DNA from: an uncultured bacterium
GTDB taxonomy: Bacteria; Patescibacteriota; Minisyncoccia; UBA6257; 2-01-FULL-56-20
Length of the DNA stretch: 64,000 bases
Direction of reading: 5' to 3'
NCBI GenBank assembly: GCA_963707865.1
Contig: OY970175.1
Span: 208,748-272,747 of the forward strand
This document shows positions 38,255 to 47,581 of the stretch, piece after piece. The notes under the pieces are model-generated. The model did no database searches. It was not told where the DNA came from and saw nothing but the letters and a program-made list of their open reading frames with translations. Position 1 is the first letter of the stretch; each line of letters starts with the position of its first letter. A program made the position numbers and the translations under genes.

Positions 38255-38545
38255 TTAAGTGGTAGCATTAGGACCTCCGTCCTCGTTCCGTTCAGTGGCC
38301 GATCTTATTCTTCCAATCAACTCTTCGGTTGAGGTGCTAGGATCGTATTCCACATTCAGATCCTCGGCGATGGACCTTAACTTCTCCAATGCTCCCGGGC
38401 TGCCGTTCGTCGCGAGGGATTGAAGATATTCAAAATCAGGCTGGCCGTGCTCGTTGAGCTAGTCTTCCCTTTCTTCAACCGCTCCCTCGCTCGATGCGTT
38501 AGCCTTATCCGTAAAATCCTTGTTATAACCGTCGCTTTGTGCCAT
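38255..38545 (-). pseudogene. Acidic 96-codon hypothetical gene with one in-frame TAG
   Basis: MAQSDGYN...ERED*LNEHGQPDFEYLQSLA...NATT; TAG at 38459-61; TATAAT just upstream. Confidence 0.5.
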
Positions 38546-38843
38546 AGAGCTCAATTATACCCCTTTCGATAATAAAAGAATCTCTTGCCCCCATATGCAC
38601 TTATCCTACCAGAGTTGGCTGTGTGACCCAGTTGCGGAACGCCCAGATGTCAACCTTTGAGGGATTCTTTGAGGGTCGGGTTTGGAAATTTTTTGACCCG
38701 TCCCAGTTAAAGGCATTTCGGGCAATAATTGGATAAAGAGCGGAATTGAGAGATAGGCAAGAACCACAAGGTAAAGGAGCCAGATCGGAGAATCCTGATG
38801 AGATACTTTGAGATATAAAATAAGGGGTCGATTTACCGCCACG

Positions 38844-38871
38844 TTGACATAATAGGGGGAGGGAGTATTAT
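38844..38871 (+). promoter_or_regulatory. Promoter with embedded G-tract CsoR/RcnR-type operator
   Basis: TTGACA...AATAGGGGGAGGGAGTATT...TATTAT. Confidence 0.55.
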
Positions 38872-38877
38872 GGGGAT

Positions 38878-39150
38878 ATGGATGCAAAGATAAAAAGGCG
38901 AAGCCTGCATCGCGCCAAAATCCTTGAGGGGCAGATGAAGGGGCTTACCAAGACCATTGAAAGCGAGAAATACTGCGTTGACCTCTTGCTGCAATCGCTC
39001 TCTATCCAGCAATCGTTGAAAAGCCTCAGCGGCTTGCTTCTTGAGAACCACATTCGAACGCATGTGAAACATCAGCTCCGCAATCCGAAACAAGAAGACA
39101 AAGCGGTCGCGGAGCTCCTTAAAATCTTCACCCTCTCAAATAAGTTATGA
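38878..39150 (+). CDS. csoR: CsoR/RcnR-family metal-sensing repressor
   Basis: LEGQMKGL...YCVDLLLQ...LENHIRTHV. Confidence 0.85.
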   Translation: MDAKIKRRSLHRAKILEGQMKGLTKTIESEKYCVDLLLQSLSIQQSLKSLSGLLLENHIRTHVKHQLRNPKQEDKAVAELLKIFTLSNKL

Positions 39151-39563
39151 ACAAGGTCGCCGTTCAAATAATGTTCCCAATCATCATCATGGCCGTCGTC
39201 GCGACGGCGATCTTCGGCTTCTCGGTGATGAGCGAGCCGGGGCACATGATGGCAGGATGTTTCGGGTCTGTGCCCGGCGGGAGCTGCTCGATGCTTTCCC
39301 CGATCGAACATTTCGCGGCGCACCTCCATGCGTTTCAGAGCATCTCCACGGCGGTGGTTCAGGCATCTTCGCTGCTTGCTGCTCTTCTCCTTCTCACGCT
39401 TGCGGCGCTTTTCTTGGCCATCAAACAGATCGCCGATCCGCAAAGAGATTTCGCCGTGCGACAGAGGGATGATTTCATATCGCCCCAACACCTTCAGCTT
39501 GTGCGATGGATCGCGCTTCATGAAAAGAGTGACCCGTCCTTTGCCCGTGCCATGAATAGTTAG
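39147..39563 (+). CDS. His/Met/Cys-rich membrane protein, candidate Cu-responsive upstream ORF
   Basis: TM-GHMMAGC...CSM..IEHF..HLH-TM-WIALHEKSDP. Confidence 0.6.
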   Translation: MNKVAVQIMFPIIIMAVVATAIFGFSVMSEPGHMMAGCFGSVPGGSCSMLSPIEHFAAHLHAFQSISTAVVQASSLLAALLLLTLAALFLAIKQIADPQRDFAVRQRDDFISPQHLQLVRWIALHEKSDPSFARAMNS

Positions 39564-39616
39564 CGAAAACCCTTCGCTTCTTGTTCATGGCATAAACCGC
39601 TCGCACGCGGTTTTTT
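39548..39616 (+). terminator. Long hairpin over stop codon plus intra-operon terminator
   Basis: TGCCATGAA...TTCATGGCA with inner AGCGAA/TTCGCT; then AAACCGC-tcgcac-GCGGTTTTTT. Confidence 0.6.
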
Positions 39617-39642
39617 CGTCCGTAAATTCATCACACAAAGCA

Positions 39643-40137
39643 ATGAATACAAAAACAATCATTATTATCGTCCTCATCGCCGTCGCCGTGCTCGGATTCA
39701 TGGTATGGGGATACGGCAGAATGGCCGGGCCGACGCAGGCCCAGCTCAGCGAAAAGAGCTCGCTTACCGCAGCCGAGACATTCCACGACTTTGGCACGAT
39801 CTCAATGGCGAACGGCAAGGTGGATCACATGTTCCAGATAACGAATCCGACTGGCGGGGACATCACGATCAACAACCTCCAGACATCGTGCATGTGCACG
39901 ACGGCCTACATCGTGGACGGCAGTTCTAAAGAAGGCCCGTTCGGCATGCCTGGCATGGGGGGCGCGACGGCAGCCAACGATGTCATTCCCGCCCACGGCA
40001 CGCAGAGCATTGACGTCGTCTTTGATCCTGCGGCCCACGGCCCCGCTGGCGTGGGAAACATTGATCGTTTTATCTATGCGACCGAAGAGAACGGCGGGAC
40101 GCTCCAACTTGAAATCAAAGCAGTCGTGACCCCATAG
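39643..40137 (+). CDS. DUF1573-like Ig-fold membrane protein
   Basis: DFGTI...F.ITN.T...TSCMCT...FDPAAHGP. Confidence 0.7.
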   Translation: MNTKTIIIIVLIAVAVLGFMVWGYGRMAGPTQAQLSEKSSLTAAETFHDFGTISMANGKVDHMFQITNPTGGDITINNLQTSCMCTTAYIVDGSSKEGPFGMPGMGGATAANDVIPAHGTQSIDVVFDPAAHGPAGVGNIDRFIYATEENGGTLQLEIKAVVTP

Positions 40138-40142
40138 CCCCC

Positions 40143-40922
40143 ATGAAACGATTTCTCATAACATTGGGGACTGTTGCCCTTGCGATCGCGGGCATCGTAT
40201 TCCTCCAGCACAGCCCGTTCGTCAGTTCGTTCCTTTGGAATGTGAGCAACAAGGGCTCGTGGCTTCTGCCGCTCGTTCTCGTGGCAGCGCTCCTCGACAG
40301 CGTACACCCGTGCTCGTTCTCGATCCTCCTCATCACGATTGCGTTCCTCTTCGGGATGCAGATGGAACGGAAGAAAATCCTACAGATCGGCGGCGTCTAC
40401 ATCGCGGGCATCTTCGCGGCATACTTCCTGATCGGCCTCGGCATCCTTCACGCGCTTGTGCTCTTCAACGTACCGCATTTCATGGGCAAGCTCGGCGCGG
40501 TGCTGCTCATTGCCTTCGGCTTGATTAATATCGTGAATGAGTTCTTTCCGCAGTTCCCGATAAAACTCCAACTGCCCGCCGCCGCGCATCGGAGCATGGC
40601 CAAGCTCATGAACCGGGCATCAGTTCTCGCGGCGTTCGGGTTGGGACTCCTTGTAGGCGCGTGCCAGTTCCCGTGCATGGGCGGGCCATACCTTATGGTC
40701 ATCGGACTCCTGCACGACAAAATGACCTACTTCGCCGGATTCGGATATCTTGCGCTTTATAACCTTATCCTCATCCTCCCGCTCATCGTCGTGCTCTGGA
40801 TCGCGTCGGACAAGATTGTCGTCCTCAAGGCGCAGGAATGGAAAAAGGAAAAAACAAAGGGCGTGAGATTGTGGGCCGGGATCATCATGATCATTCTCGG
40901 TTTCTTCATCTTCTGGCTCTAA
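40143..40922 (+). CDS. CcdA/DsbD-like membrane electron transporter
   Basis: DSVHPCSF and CQFPCMGGPY in a polytopic membrane protein. Confidence 0.75.
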   Translation: MKRFLITLGTVALAIAGIVFLQHSPFVSSFLWNVSNKGSWLLPLVLVAALLDSVHPCSFSILLITIAFLFGMQMERKKILQIGGVYIAGIFAAYFLIGLGILHALVLFNVPHFMGKLGAVLLIAFGLINIVNEFFPQFPIKLQLPAAAHRSMAKLMNRASVLAAFGLGLLVGACQFPCMGGPYLMVIGLLHDKMTYFAGFGYLALYNLILILPLIVVLWIASDKIVVLKAQEWKKEKTKGVRLWAGIIMIILGFFIFWL

Positions 40923-40934
40923 CCAACAAAAACC

Positions 40935-41426
40935 ATGGATAAAAAACCAACATTAGAGGAGTTTCTCGGTAAGGTAGAATCCTTCAAAGAAAAGGCGGGC
41001 GTGGATCTTTCGACGACGGAAGACCTGAGCATCGCCGTCATGAACCTCGTGAGCTTAGAAGAGCATTTCTTCTTCACGGCTGCCAAAACCAAGAAGGACG
41101 AATACTTCGATACGGTCCAAGAGATTCGCGCGTTAAGAAAAGAGTTCCTTGCGCAGCTCATGCCGAATAACGAAGGCGAAACGTGGTGCATTGCAAAGCA
41201 TCTTTTGGCAGCGACGATGCGCCTTACCGAGGTCGGCAACAAACTGCAATCCGAAGGAGAAAAGAAAAAGGCAAAGCAGACTTTCGAGGGGGCATATAAA
41301 GTGTATTCGCTTTTCTGGGCGCTCAAGTTGAAGTTGATCAAAGGTCAAAATATAAAGGAGGCGGCAAAGAGCAGCTCAACGGTTGAGGATCTGGTGAACA
41401 AGCTCGCCGATTGCTGCGATGAATAA
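40935..41426 (+). CDS. Hypothetical helical protein with C-terminal CC
   Basis: NLVSLEEH, WCIAKH, LADCCDE. Confidence 0.7.
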   Translation: MDKKPTLEEFLGKVESFKEKAGVDLSTTEDLSIAVMNLVSLEEHFFFTAAKTKKDEYFDTVQEIRALRKEFLAQLMPNNEGETWCIAKHLLAATMRLTEVGNKLQSEGEKKKAKQTFEGAYKVYSLFWALKLKLIKGQNIKEAAKSSSTVEDLVNKLADCCDE

Positions 41427-42357
41427 CATGGAAAACGAAAATCAGACGGAAATCAAAAGCAGCGGCAACGGCATCATTATCGGCAGCGCGATGATCGCCG
41501 CCGCGCTCCTTATCTTTTCCGGCGTCCAGCTGTATATCGCGAGGATCTCTCCGAGATCCGTAACGGCGGAAACTGCTGCCGTCCCGGCGAATCAAAACAT
41601 CAACGCGTTGCAGGAGGAAGTGATACCGGCGAATGGCATCGTCTTGCCCGTTACGTGGGGCGATCTCGGAAAACAGATGGTTCAAGCGGGAGTCATCGAT
41701 GAAGCGCAGTTCGCGGTGCTCTACGCGGAGCGGGGCGGACTACCGCAGGACATGAAAGCGCTGCTCGATTCGCCGAATAACGGGCAGATCACAATAACAT
41801 CGCAGAACTCCGGCATTCTCCTCAATCTCTTGTGGGCGTTGGGCCTCGGCAACAAGAACCCGATTCTTGAAAGCGGGCCGATGCAGAACCCGCAATACGG
41901 CGGCGCGGGGAACTTCGCCTCGACGGGCGGGTGGACGCTCGCTCAGGGCAAAGCGATGGCCCACTACGACGCGCACCAGTTCGTGACGCTCACGCCAAGC
42001 GAGCAGTCGCTCGTGGAAAGCGTCGCGAAGAACATCTACCGTCCGTGCTGCGGCAACTCGGTGTATTTCCCCGATTGTAACCACGGCATGGCGATGCTCG
42101 GCCTGCTTGAACTCATGGCTTCGCAGGGCGCGTCGGAGGACCAGATGTACGAAACCGCGCTCGCGGTGAACTCATATTGGTTCCCCGACAACTACCTGAC
42201 CATAGCGCAATACTTGCAGGGCAAAGGCATTGATTGGAAAACGGTAAATCCAAAAGACATTTTGGCAGCCAACTTCTCAAGCGCACAGGGATACTCGCAG
42301 ATCGTCGCGCAAACGCAGCCCGTGCAGAACAAATCGTCGGGCGGATGCGGGGTATAA
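41419..42357 (+). CDS. Membrane-anchored Cys/His-motif protein
   Basis: YRPCCGN...PDCNHGMA; C-terminal GGCGV. Confidence 0.7.
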   Translation: MNNMENENQTEIKSSGNGIIIGSAMIAAALLIFSGVQLYIARISPRSVTAETAAVPANQNINALQEEVIPANGIVLPVTWGDLGKQMVQAGVIDEAQFAVLYAERGGLPQDMKALLDSPNNGQITITSQNSGILLNLLWALGLGNKNPILESGPMQNPQYGGAGNFASTGGWTLAQGKAMAHYDAHQFVTLTPSEQSLVESVAKNIYRPCCGNSVYFPDCNHGMAMLGLLELMASQGASEDQMYETALAVNSYWFPDNYLTIAQYLQGKGIDWKTVNPKDILAANFSSAQGYSQIVAQTQPVQNKSSGGCGV

Positions 42358-44489
42358 TGAAACCCATGGACCATATGAACCGCGAAAACGCGAAAACATA
42401 TACCTGCCCGATGCACCAGGGAGTAGTTCAGGACCATCCCGGGCTGTGCCCCGAATGTGGAATGAACCTTATTCCCGCAAAGCCCCAAAAATCAAAGATG
42501 CAGATTGATCACGGCGGGCATGGCACCGCATCCTTCGACAAACACGAAGGCCACAGCACGAACATCTTCAGAACGAAGTTCTGGGTGAGTTTGGTGTTGA
42601 GTATCCCGCTCGTGCTGTATTCGGACATGACGCAGGCGATTTTCCATTGGAGCGCGCCCGCGTTCCCGGGATTGGTCTACATACAGTTCGTCCTCGCCTC
42701 AATCGTTTTCCTCTACGGCGGATGGGTTTTCATTGCAAGCGCGTGGCGCGAACTTAAGGCGCACTTGCCCGGCATGATGACACTGATCGCGCTTGCGATC
42801 ACGACGGCATATGCGTGGAGCGTCTACGCCGTTCTTGCGAGCCGGAGCGATACGCTCTTTTGGGAGCTTGCCACGTTGATTACGATCATGCTTCTTGGGC
42901 ATTGGATTGAGATGCGGGCGGTGGGCGGTGCCCAGAGCGCATTGAAAGAACTCTCGAAACTCCTGCCGGACACGGCGGAGGTCGTGCGGGGAGACCGCAC
43001 GGAGGTTGTCCCACTCGCCGAACTTCGCGAAGGCGATATCGTCCTCGTGAAGCCGGGCGGAAAGATCGCTGCGGATGGCGAAATCGTTGAAGGCGAATCA
43101 TCTGTTGATGAGTCGCTCGCGACGGGTGAATCGAAACCGGTTACGAAACAAAAAGGAAGCGCGGTTATCGCTGGCACGGTGAACGGCGACGGAGCACTCA
43201 AAATAAAAGTGACGAAGATCGGAGAGCATACGTTCCTTGCGGGGGTGATGCGGCTTGTCGCCGAAGCGCAATCATCGAAGTCGCGCCTGCAGGTGCTTTC
43301 TGACCGCGCGGCGTTCTACCTTACGCTGGTCGCCGTTGGGGCGGGCGTTATTACGGTCATCGCGTGGATCGCGGCGGGAGGCGGGACCGCATTCGCCATT
43401 GAACGGCTTGTCGCGGTCCTCGTGATCGCGTGTCCGCACGCTCTGGGACTCGCCGTGCCGCTCGTTGCATCCATCTCCACGACCAAGGCCGCCAAGAATG
43501 GGTTCCTCGTGAAACAGCGGCTTGCCCTCGAGGCCGCGCGGAACGTTGACGTGGTTCTTTTTGACAAGACAGGTACGCTCACGAAAGGCGAATACGGCGT
43601 AACGGATGTATGGCCGATCGGCGTGAAAGACAAACACGAGGTTATTCAGCTTGCCGCATCGGTTGATGCGTATTCCGAGCATCCGGTCGCGAAGGCCATC
43701 GTCGCCTATGCGCGTGCTGAAAACATTCCGCTTGCCGATATCAAGGACTTCGCGCGGATCCCCGGCAAGGGTTCGCAGGCGCGGATAGGCGAGGCGGTAG
43801 TCGTCATTGGAGGCGCGGGCGTGGTTGAAGGGAAAAATGTTTCGTTGCCTGGCGAGATTGCAGCGGAACACAAAAAGGGCAAGACGATCATCTATGTGCT
43901 TCGCGACGGTACGCTTGTGGGTGTACTTGCCCTTGCGGACATCATTCGTGACGAATCGCGCGAGGCGATCAAAACGCTGAAAGGCATGGGAGTTGACGTC
44001 GCCATGATCACGGGCGACGCGGACGATGTGGCAGCGTGGGTGGCGGGGGAGTTGGGTATAAAAGAGTATTTTGCGCGAGTTTTGCCTAGTGAGAAATCGG
44101 AAAAGGTAAAATTACTGCAGTCAAAAGGAAAACGAGTCGCGATGGTGGGGGATGGAATAAATGACGCGCCCGCGCTCACACAGGCGGAGCTTGGTATCGC
44201 AATCGGCGCAGGGACGAATGTGGCGATCGAATCAGCCGGTATTATTCTTGTAAAGAATGATCCGAGGGACATCCCAAAGATCATTACACTTTCGCGCCTT
44301 ACCTACGCGAAGATGATGCAAAATCTCTTCTGGGCCGCAGGTTACAACGTGGTCGCCATCCCGCTTGCTGCGGGAGTACTTGCTTCGCGCGGCGTATTGC
44401 TTTCACCCGCCTTGGGAGCAGTCTTCATGTCCCTGAGCACGGTGATCGTTGCCGCGAATGCGATGCTATTGCGCCGAAAGGAATTATAA
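42357..44489 (+). CDS. copB: Copper-translocating P1B-type ATPase (CPH, CopB-like)
   Basis: YTCPMH...CPECGM, His-rich N-terminus, TGES, CPH, DKTGT, GDGIND, MSLST. Confidence 0.9.
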   Translation: MKPMDHMNRENAKTYTCPMHQGVVQDHPGLCPECGMNLIPAKPQKSKMQIDHGGHGTASFDKHEGHSTNIFRTKFWVSLVLSIPLVLYSDMTQAIFHWSAPAFPGLVYIQFVLASIVFLYGGWVFIASAWRELKAHLPGMMTLIALAITTAYAWSVYAVLASRSDTLFWELATLITIMLLGHWIEMRAVGGAQSALKELSKLLPDTAEVVRGDRTEVVPLAELREGDIVLVKPGGKIAADGEIVEGESSVDESLATGESKPVTKQKGSAVIAGTVNGDGALKIKVTKIGEHTFLAGVMRLVAEAQSSKSRLQVLSDRAAFYLTLVAVGAGVITVIAWIAAGGGTAFAIERLVAVLVIACPHALGLAVPLVASISTTKAAKNGFLVKQRLALEAARNVDVVLFDKTGTLTKGEYGVTDVWPIGVKDKHEVIQLAASVDAYSEHPVAKAIVAYARAENIPLADIKDFARIPGKGSQARIGEAVVVIGGAGVVEGKNVSLPGEIAAEHKKGKTIIYVLRDGTLVGVLALADIIRDESREAIKTLKGMGVDVAMITGDADDVAAWVAGELGIKEYFARVLPSEKSEKVKLLQSKGKRVAMVGDGINDAPALTQAELGIAIGAGTNVAIESAGIILVKNDPRDIPKIITLSRLTYAKMMQNLFWAAGYNVVAIPLAAGVLASRGVLLSPALGAVFMSLSTVIVAANAMLLRRKEL

Positions 44490-44602
44490 AATCTATGCCT
44501 AGTTCTAAGTCCAGAACCCGTACCGGATTTTAAATTTAGAACCGACGATTGAGAGGACAGTAAAATGACGCTCTCCGGTCTCCCACGATACTGCGCTGAC
44601 TG

Positions 44603-44628
44603 TGGCTGCGGGGTTTGGATTCGAACCG
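44603..44628 (-). repeat. Degenerate copy of tRNA-Gln 3' end (att-like)
   Basis: GGTTCGAATCCAAACCCCCGCAGCCA vs tRNA GGTTCGAATCCAAGCCCGGCAG (2 mismatches in 22). Confidence 0.6.
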
Positions 44629-44821
44629 TGTGGGTCGCCCCGTTACCCTCGGCATTTGATTTTCCTTGATTTATCTATATGCCGCGGAGTAACCCTCGCC
44701 CCTACGAAGAGAGCCGTAGTGGCGGCATATCCTCTCTCCCTCCATCGCTGGTTGTCTACCCTAGAGAAGAAGAACCGCTGAAACAATCAGCGATTTTTCT
44801 TCTATCTCGCCCTGCCCTCTT

Positions 44822-47008
44822 TCACTTCACCGTCAACGTGACGCTGGTTGTGCTCGAAAGCGAACCGCTCGTTCCTTTTATAGTAAGCACGTAAGTACCT
44901 GTAGGCGTTCTGAAACCGACATTGACCCTAAGCGTAGAAGAGGACTTGGTAGGATTCGTACTGAAGCTTACGCTTGTGCCGGAAGGAAGTCCGCTAACAG
45001 AGAGGGTTACCGATCCGGTAAATCCTCCTGCGGGGGTCACGGTAACCTTATAGCTTCCGCTTCTCCCACGAGAAACGCTAAGCGATGATGGGCTCGCCGA
45101 AAGTGAGAAGCTTTGTGCGGATTGTTTTACGAGCGTTGCTGTCGCCGTGTGTGTCAGGGCACCGCTTACGCCGGTAATAGTAATCGGATACGATCCGGGA
45201 ATTGTCGTCGAACTCACTGTTATCGACAACGCCGATGAGCTGCCACTTGCCGGGTTAGGATTGAAGCTGCCTACCGTTCCTGCGGGAAGGCCGCTTACGG
45301 ACAGCGCAACCGCCGAGCTAAATCCTCCACTCTGAGCAATGGTGATCGCATAATTCGCCGTCCCCCCTGCGGCTGGCACTGTCATCGAAGCAGGACTAAC
45401 CGAGAGGGAGAAATCAGGCGTGGAGACGATAAGAGTTGCGGTCGCCGTATGCGAGAGTAAACCACTCGTCCCAGTAATAGTCAAAAGATAGGTGTCAGTG
45501 GGCGTGGTGGAGGCGGTGCTCACTATCATAGCGGAAGAACCGGGAGCGGTCACTGATGGCGGATTGAAGCTCGCCGTGGCACCCGTCGGCAACCCGCTCA
45601 CGCTAAACGTAACCGTTCCGGTGAATCCTACTAATGGCGTGGCGGTGACGGTGTAACTGGTGCTTGTCCCCGTTAGTACTGTTTGAGAGGATGGGGTAAC
45701 GGCAACAGTGTAGTCGGGCGTAGGATAGAAAGCGGTTGTTCCTTTAGGAGTGCCTAAACCGGTTGGACCATCGTAGCCTACCTGTGCAGTACAGAGATAA
45801 CTGCCGCCACAAGAACCGTTACTCCCCGTGGTTATATCATTCAGGTTAGAAGAATTACCATAGGTATAAGGCAGTGAATTAGCCATAACGCCGCTCGGAA
45901 CTCCGTGCAAGGTATATACCGCAGCGACGAAGGGGGATGATAGGCTTGTTCCACCTACTTGGACCCAACCGCCATAGCCATAGCTATCATAGACCGCGGC
46001 ACCGGTCGCCGGATCGGCATCGGCCGAAACGTCATTTATGGTTCGATAAGCGCAAGATGGATCGTGCTGCCAGGTAGGTTTCGCTTCCTGCTGCGTACTG
46101 CAGCCGCTGCCAGTTCCGCCGTATTGATTGTTCCAAACGCTCTCACTTAGGTAGGAATTGCCACTCAGCAACAAGGTCGTTCCGCCAACTGCGGTCACGT
46201 ATTGTGAGGCCGCTGGATAGAGAGTCCCGTAACCGCTATCTCCCGCGCTGAAAGTGAAAGCGACGCCAGTCTTGTTAAAGTGGCTGTCGTAGGCTGCCTC
46301 GCCGGAGAATTCACTTCCACCCCAAGAGCCGGATACCGCGGTCGCGTTATTCGCCACAGCCGTGTCTATTGCCGTAAGTAAATCGGTGAAACTGTTTGAA
46401 TTTGCTTCAACGAGGAGGATGCTGCAGTTCTCACAAGTTGCATGAGCAATCTCAACGTCGAGCGAGATTTCAAGAGCCCAGGATGAGTTTGGTGACGGCA
46501 AAGGAGAAGTACTTCCGTTCTGGTTCATTTTTTCAAAACAAGCCGACGTAGAAGTGGCGATTGAGCCGCTACAGGTCGGCAGCTGAGAGATGCCATAGGT
46601 CGAGCTGTAGGTACTGAGATCACTCGCGATATTCGGGTCATCATAAGCGTCAACGATGGCAATTACCGGCGGCAGAGCTGAAGTGGATGATCCGGTAAGA
46701 TCGTAGGCTCCAAGAAACTGGGCTGGGCCGTAACCGATCGGCAACGCATTAGCTTTTACCCTGCCGCTTGAATCTACGACTACCCTGGCAGTACAGGCAA
46801 CATTGCCTCCCGTAGCGACATCACACACTCTTTTATTCTGCACCTGTGAAATTTCAGCGAGTTTGTCTTTGACCATTTGTTGGAATTGGTCCTGGGTGCC
46901 CCTGAACCAATCTGGTCGAGTCTCGGCATGGACGATAGAGGCGCTTCCGATCAAAGCAGCGGTGCTGATGAATACGACTGAAACTATGAATTTATTTATT
47001 CTAGTCAT
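44822..47008 (-). CDS. Secreted S53 (sedolisin-like) peptidase with three C-terminal Ig-like repeats
   Basis: EISLDVE, SAGDSG, GGTSLSSP, GYDGPTGLG; repeated FSLSVSP...VSGLP. Confidence 0.85.
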   Translation of the reverse strand: MTRINKFIVSVVFISTAALIGSASIVHAETRPDWFRGTQDQFQQMVKDKLAEISQVQNKRVCDVATGGNVACTARVVVDSSGRVKANALPIGYGPAQFLGAYDLTGSSTSALPPVIAIVDAYDDPNIASDLSTYSSTYGISQLPTCSGSIATSTSACFEKMNQNGSTSPLPSPNSSWALEISLDVEIAHATCENCSILLVEANSNSFTDLLTAIDTAVANNATAVSGSWGGSEFSGEAAYDSHFNKTGVAFTFSAGDSGYGTLYPAASQYVTAVGGTTLLLSGNSYLSESVWNNQYGGTGSGCSTQQEAKPTWQHDPSCAYRTINDVSADADPATGAAVYDSYGYGGWVQVGGTSLSSPFVAAVYTLHGVPSGVMANSLPYTYGNSSNLNDITTGSNGSCGGSYLCTAQVGYDGPTGLGTPKGTTAFYPTPDYTVAVTPSSQTVLTGTSTSYTVTATPLVGFTGTVTFSVSGLPTGATASFNPPSVTAPGSSAMIVSTASTTPTDTYLLTITGTSGLLSHTATATLIVSTPDFSLSVSPASMTVPAAGGTANYAITIAQSGGFSSAVALSVSGLPAGTVGSFNPNPASGSSSALSITVSSTTIPGSYPITITGVSGALTHTATATLVKQSAQSFSLSASPSSLSVSRGRSGSYKVTVTPAGGFTGSVTLSVSGLPSGTSVSFSTNPTKSSSTLRVNVGFRTPTGTYVLTIKGTSGSLSSTTSVTLTVK

Positions 47009-47074
47009 TTTGTATGTTTTTGATCGACGTTATATCAATTAACATCATAACATCTCAGGGGTTGTTCCGCAATC

Positions 47075-47443
47075 TTAGAGAGGTACCGCTTGTCCGGTAG
47101 GTACGCAAACCCTAGGTGACTGTTGACCCGCTATTATCGGCCCGGGCTGCATACACGAATAACCGGCGGGGCAACCACTATTATTCTTGCAGATCAGCAT
47201 ACCATTGTAATGGGTCGCGTTCGGCGGCGCTGTCTTGGTAGTTCCATTTTTTGAGGTCTGACTTGTACTCGCCACAGTGTTGGATGTCGATGTTGATCGC
47301 GCAGCAGTCAAGGGCAGGGCGGAATAATCTTTAGCCTGCTGATAGAGGGAGCCGAATTTGAATCCGATGAAGAACGTCGCGATAAAAACTACTATCGTGA
47401 GGGTCCTCGAGTACCACGTTACTTTATTCCATTCGATAGTCAT
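47075..47443 (-). CDS. Membrane-anchored hypothetical protein with EWNKVTWYS N-terminus and small Cys domain
   Basis: MTIEWNKVTWYSR + TM; C...CPAGYSC...C. Confidence 0.7.
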   Translation of the reverse strand: MTIEWNKVTWYSRTLTIVVFIATFFIGFKFGSLYQQAKDYSALPLTAARSTSTSNTVASTSQTSKNGTTKTAPPNATHYNGMLICKNNSGCPAGYSCMQPGPIIAGQQSPRVCVPTGQAVPL

Positions 47444-47581
47444 CTATTTATATTAGATCTTTTTGCGACTGTATCTTATGAACTTAGATTATAGCACGAA
47501 CCATATCTGCTCCATACGTGAGCCTTTCCAAGCCTTGTAGGGTGCTTGACTTCCTTGACTGTGGCGGCACCCTTGTCCTTG

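Noticed and set aside
26729-38461. Two in-frame TAGs at probable Trp positions suggesting stop-codon recoding
   Set aside because: TAG ends many intact genes here (e.g. 589, 13962, 55168), and the pheT fragment is also frameshifted; simple decay explains both
38590-38830. Possible gene upstream of csoR
   Set aside because: No frame gives a convincing protein or start context; probably degraded DNA
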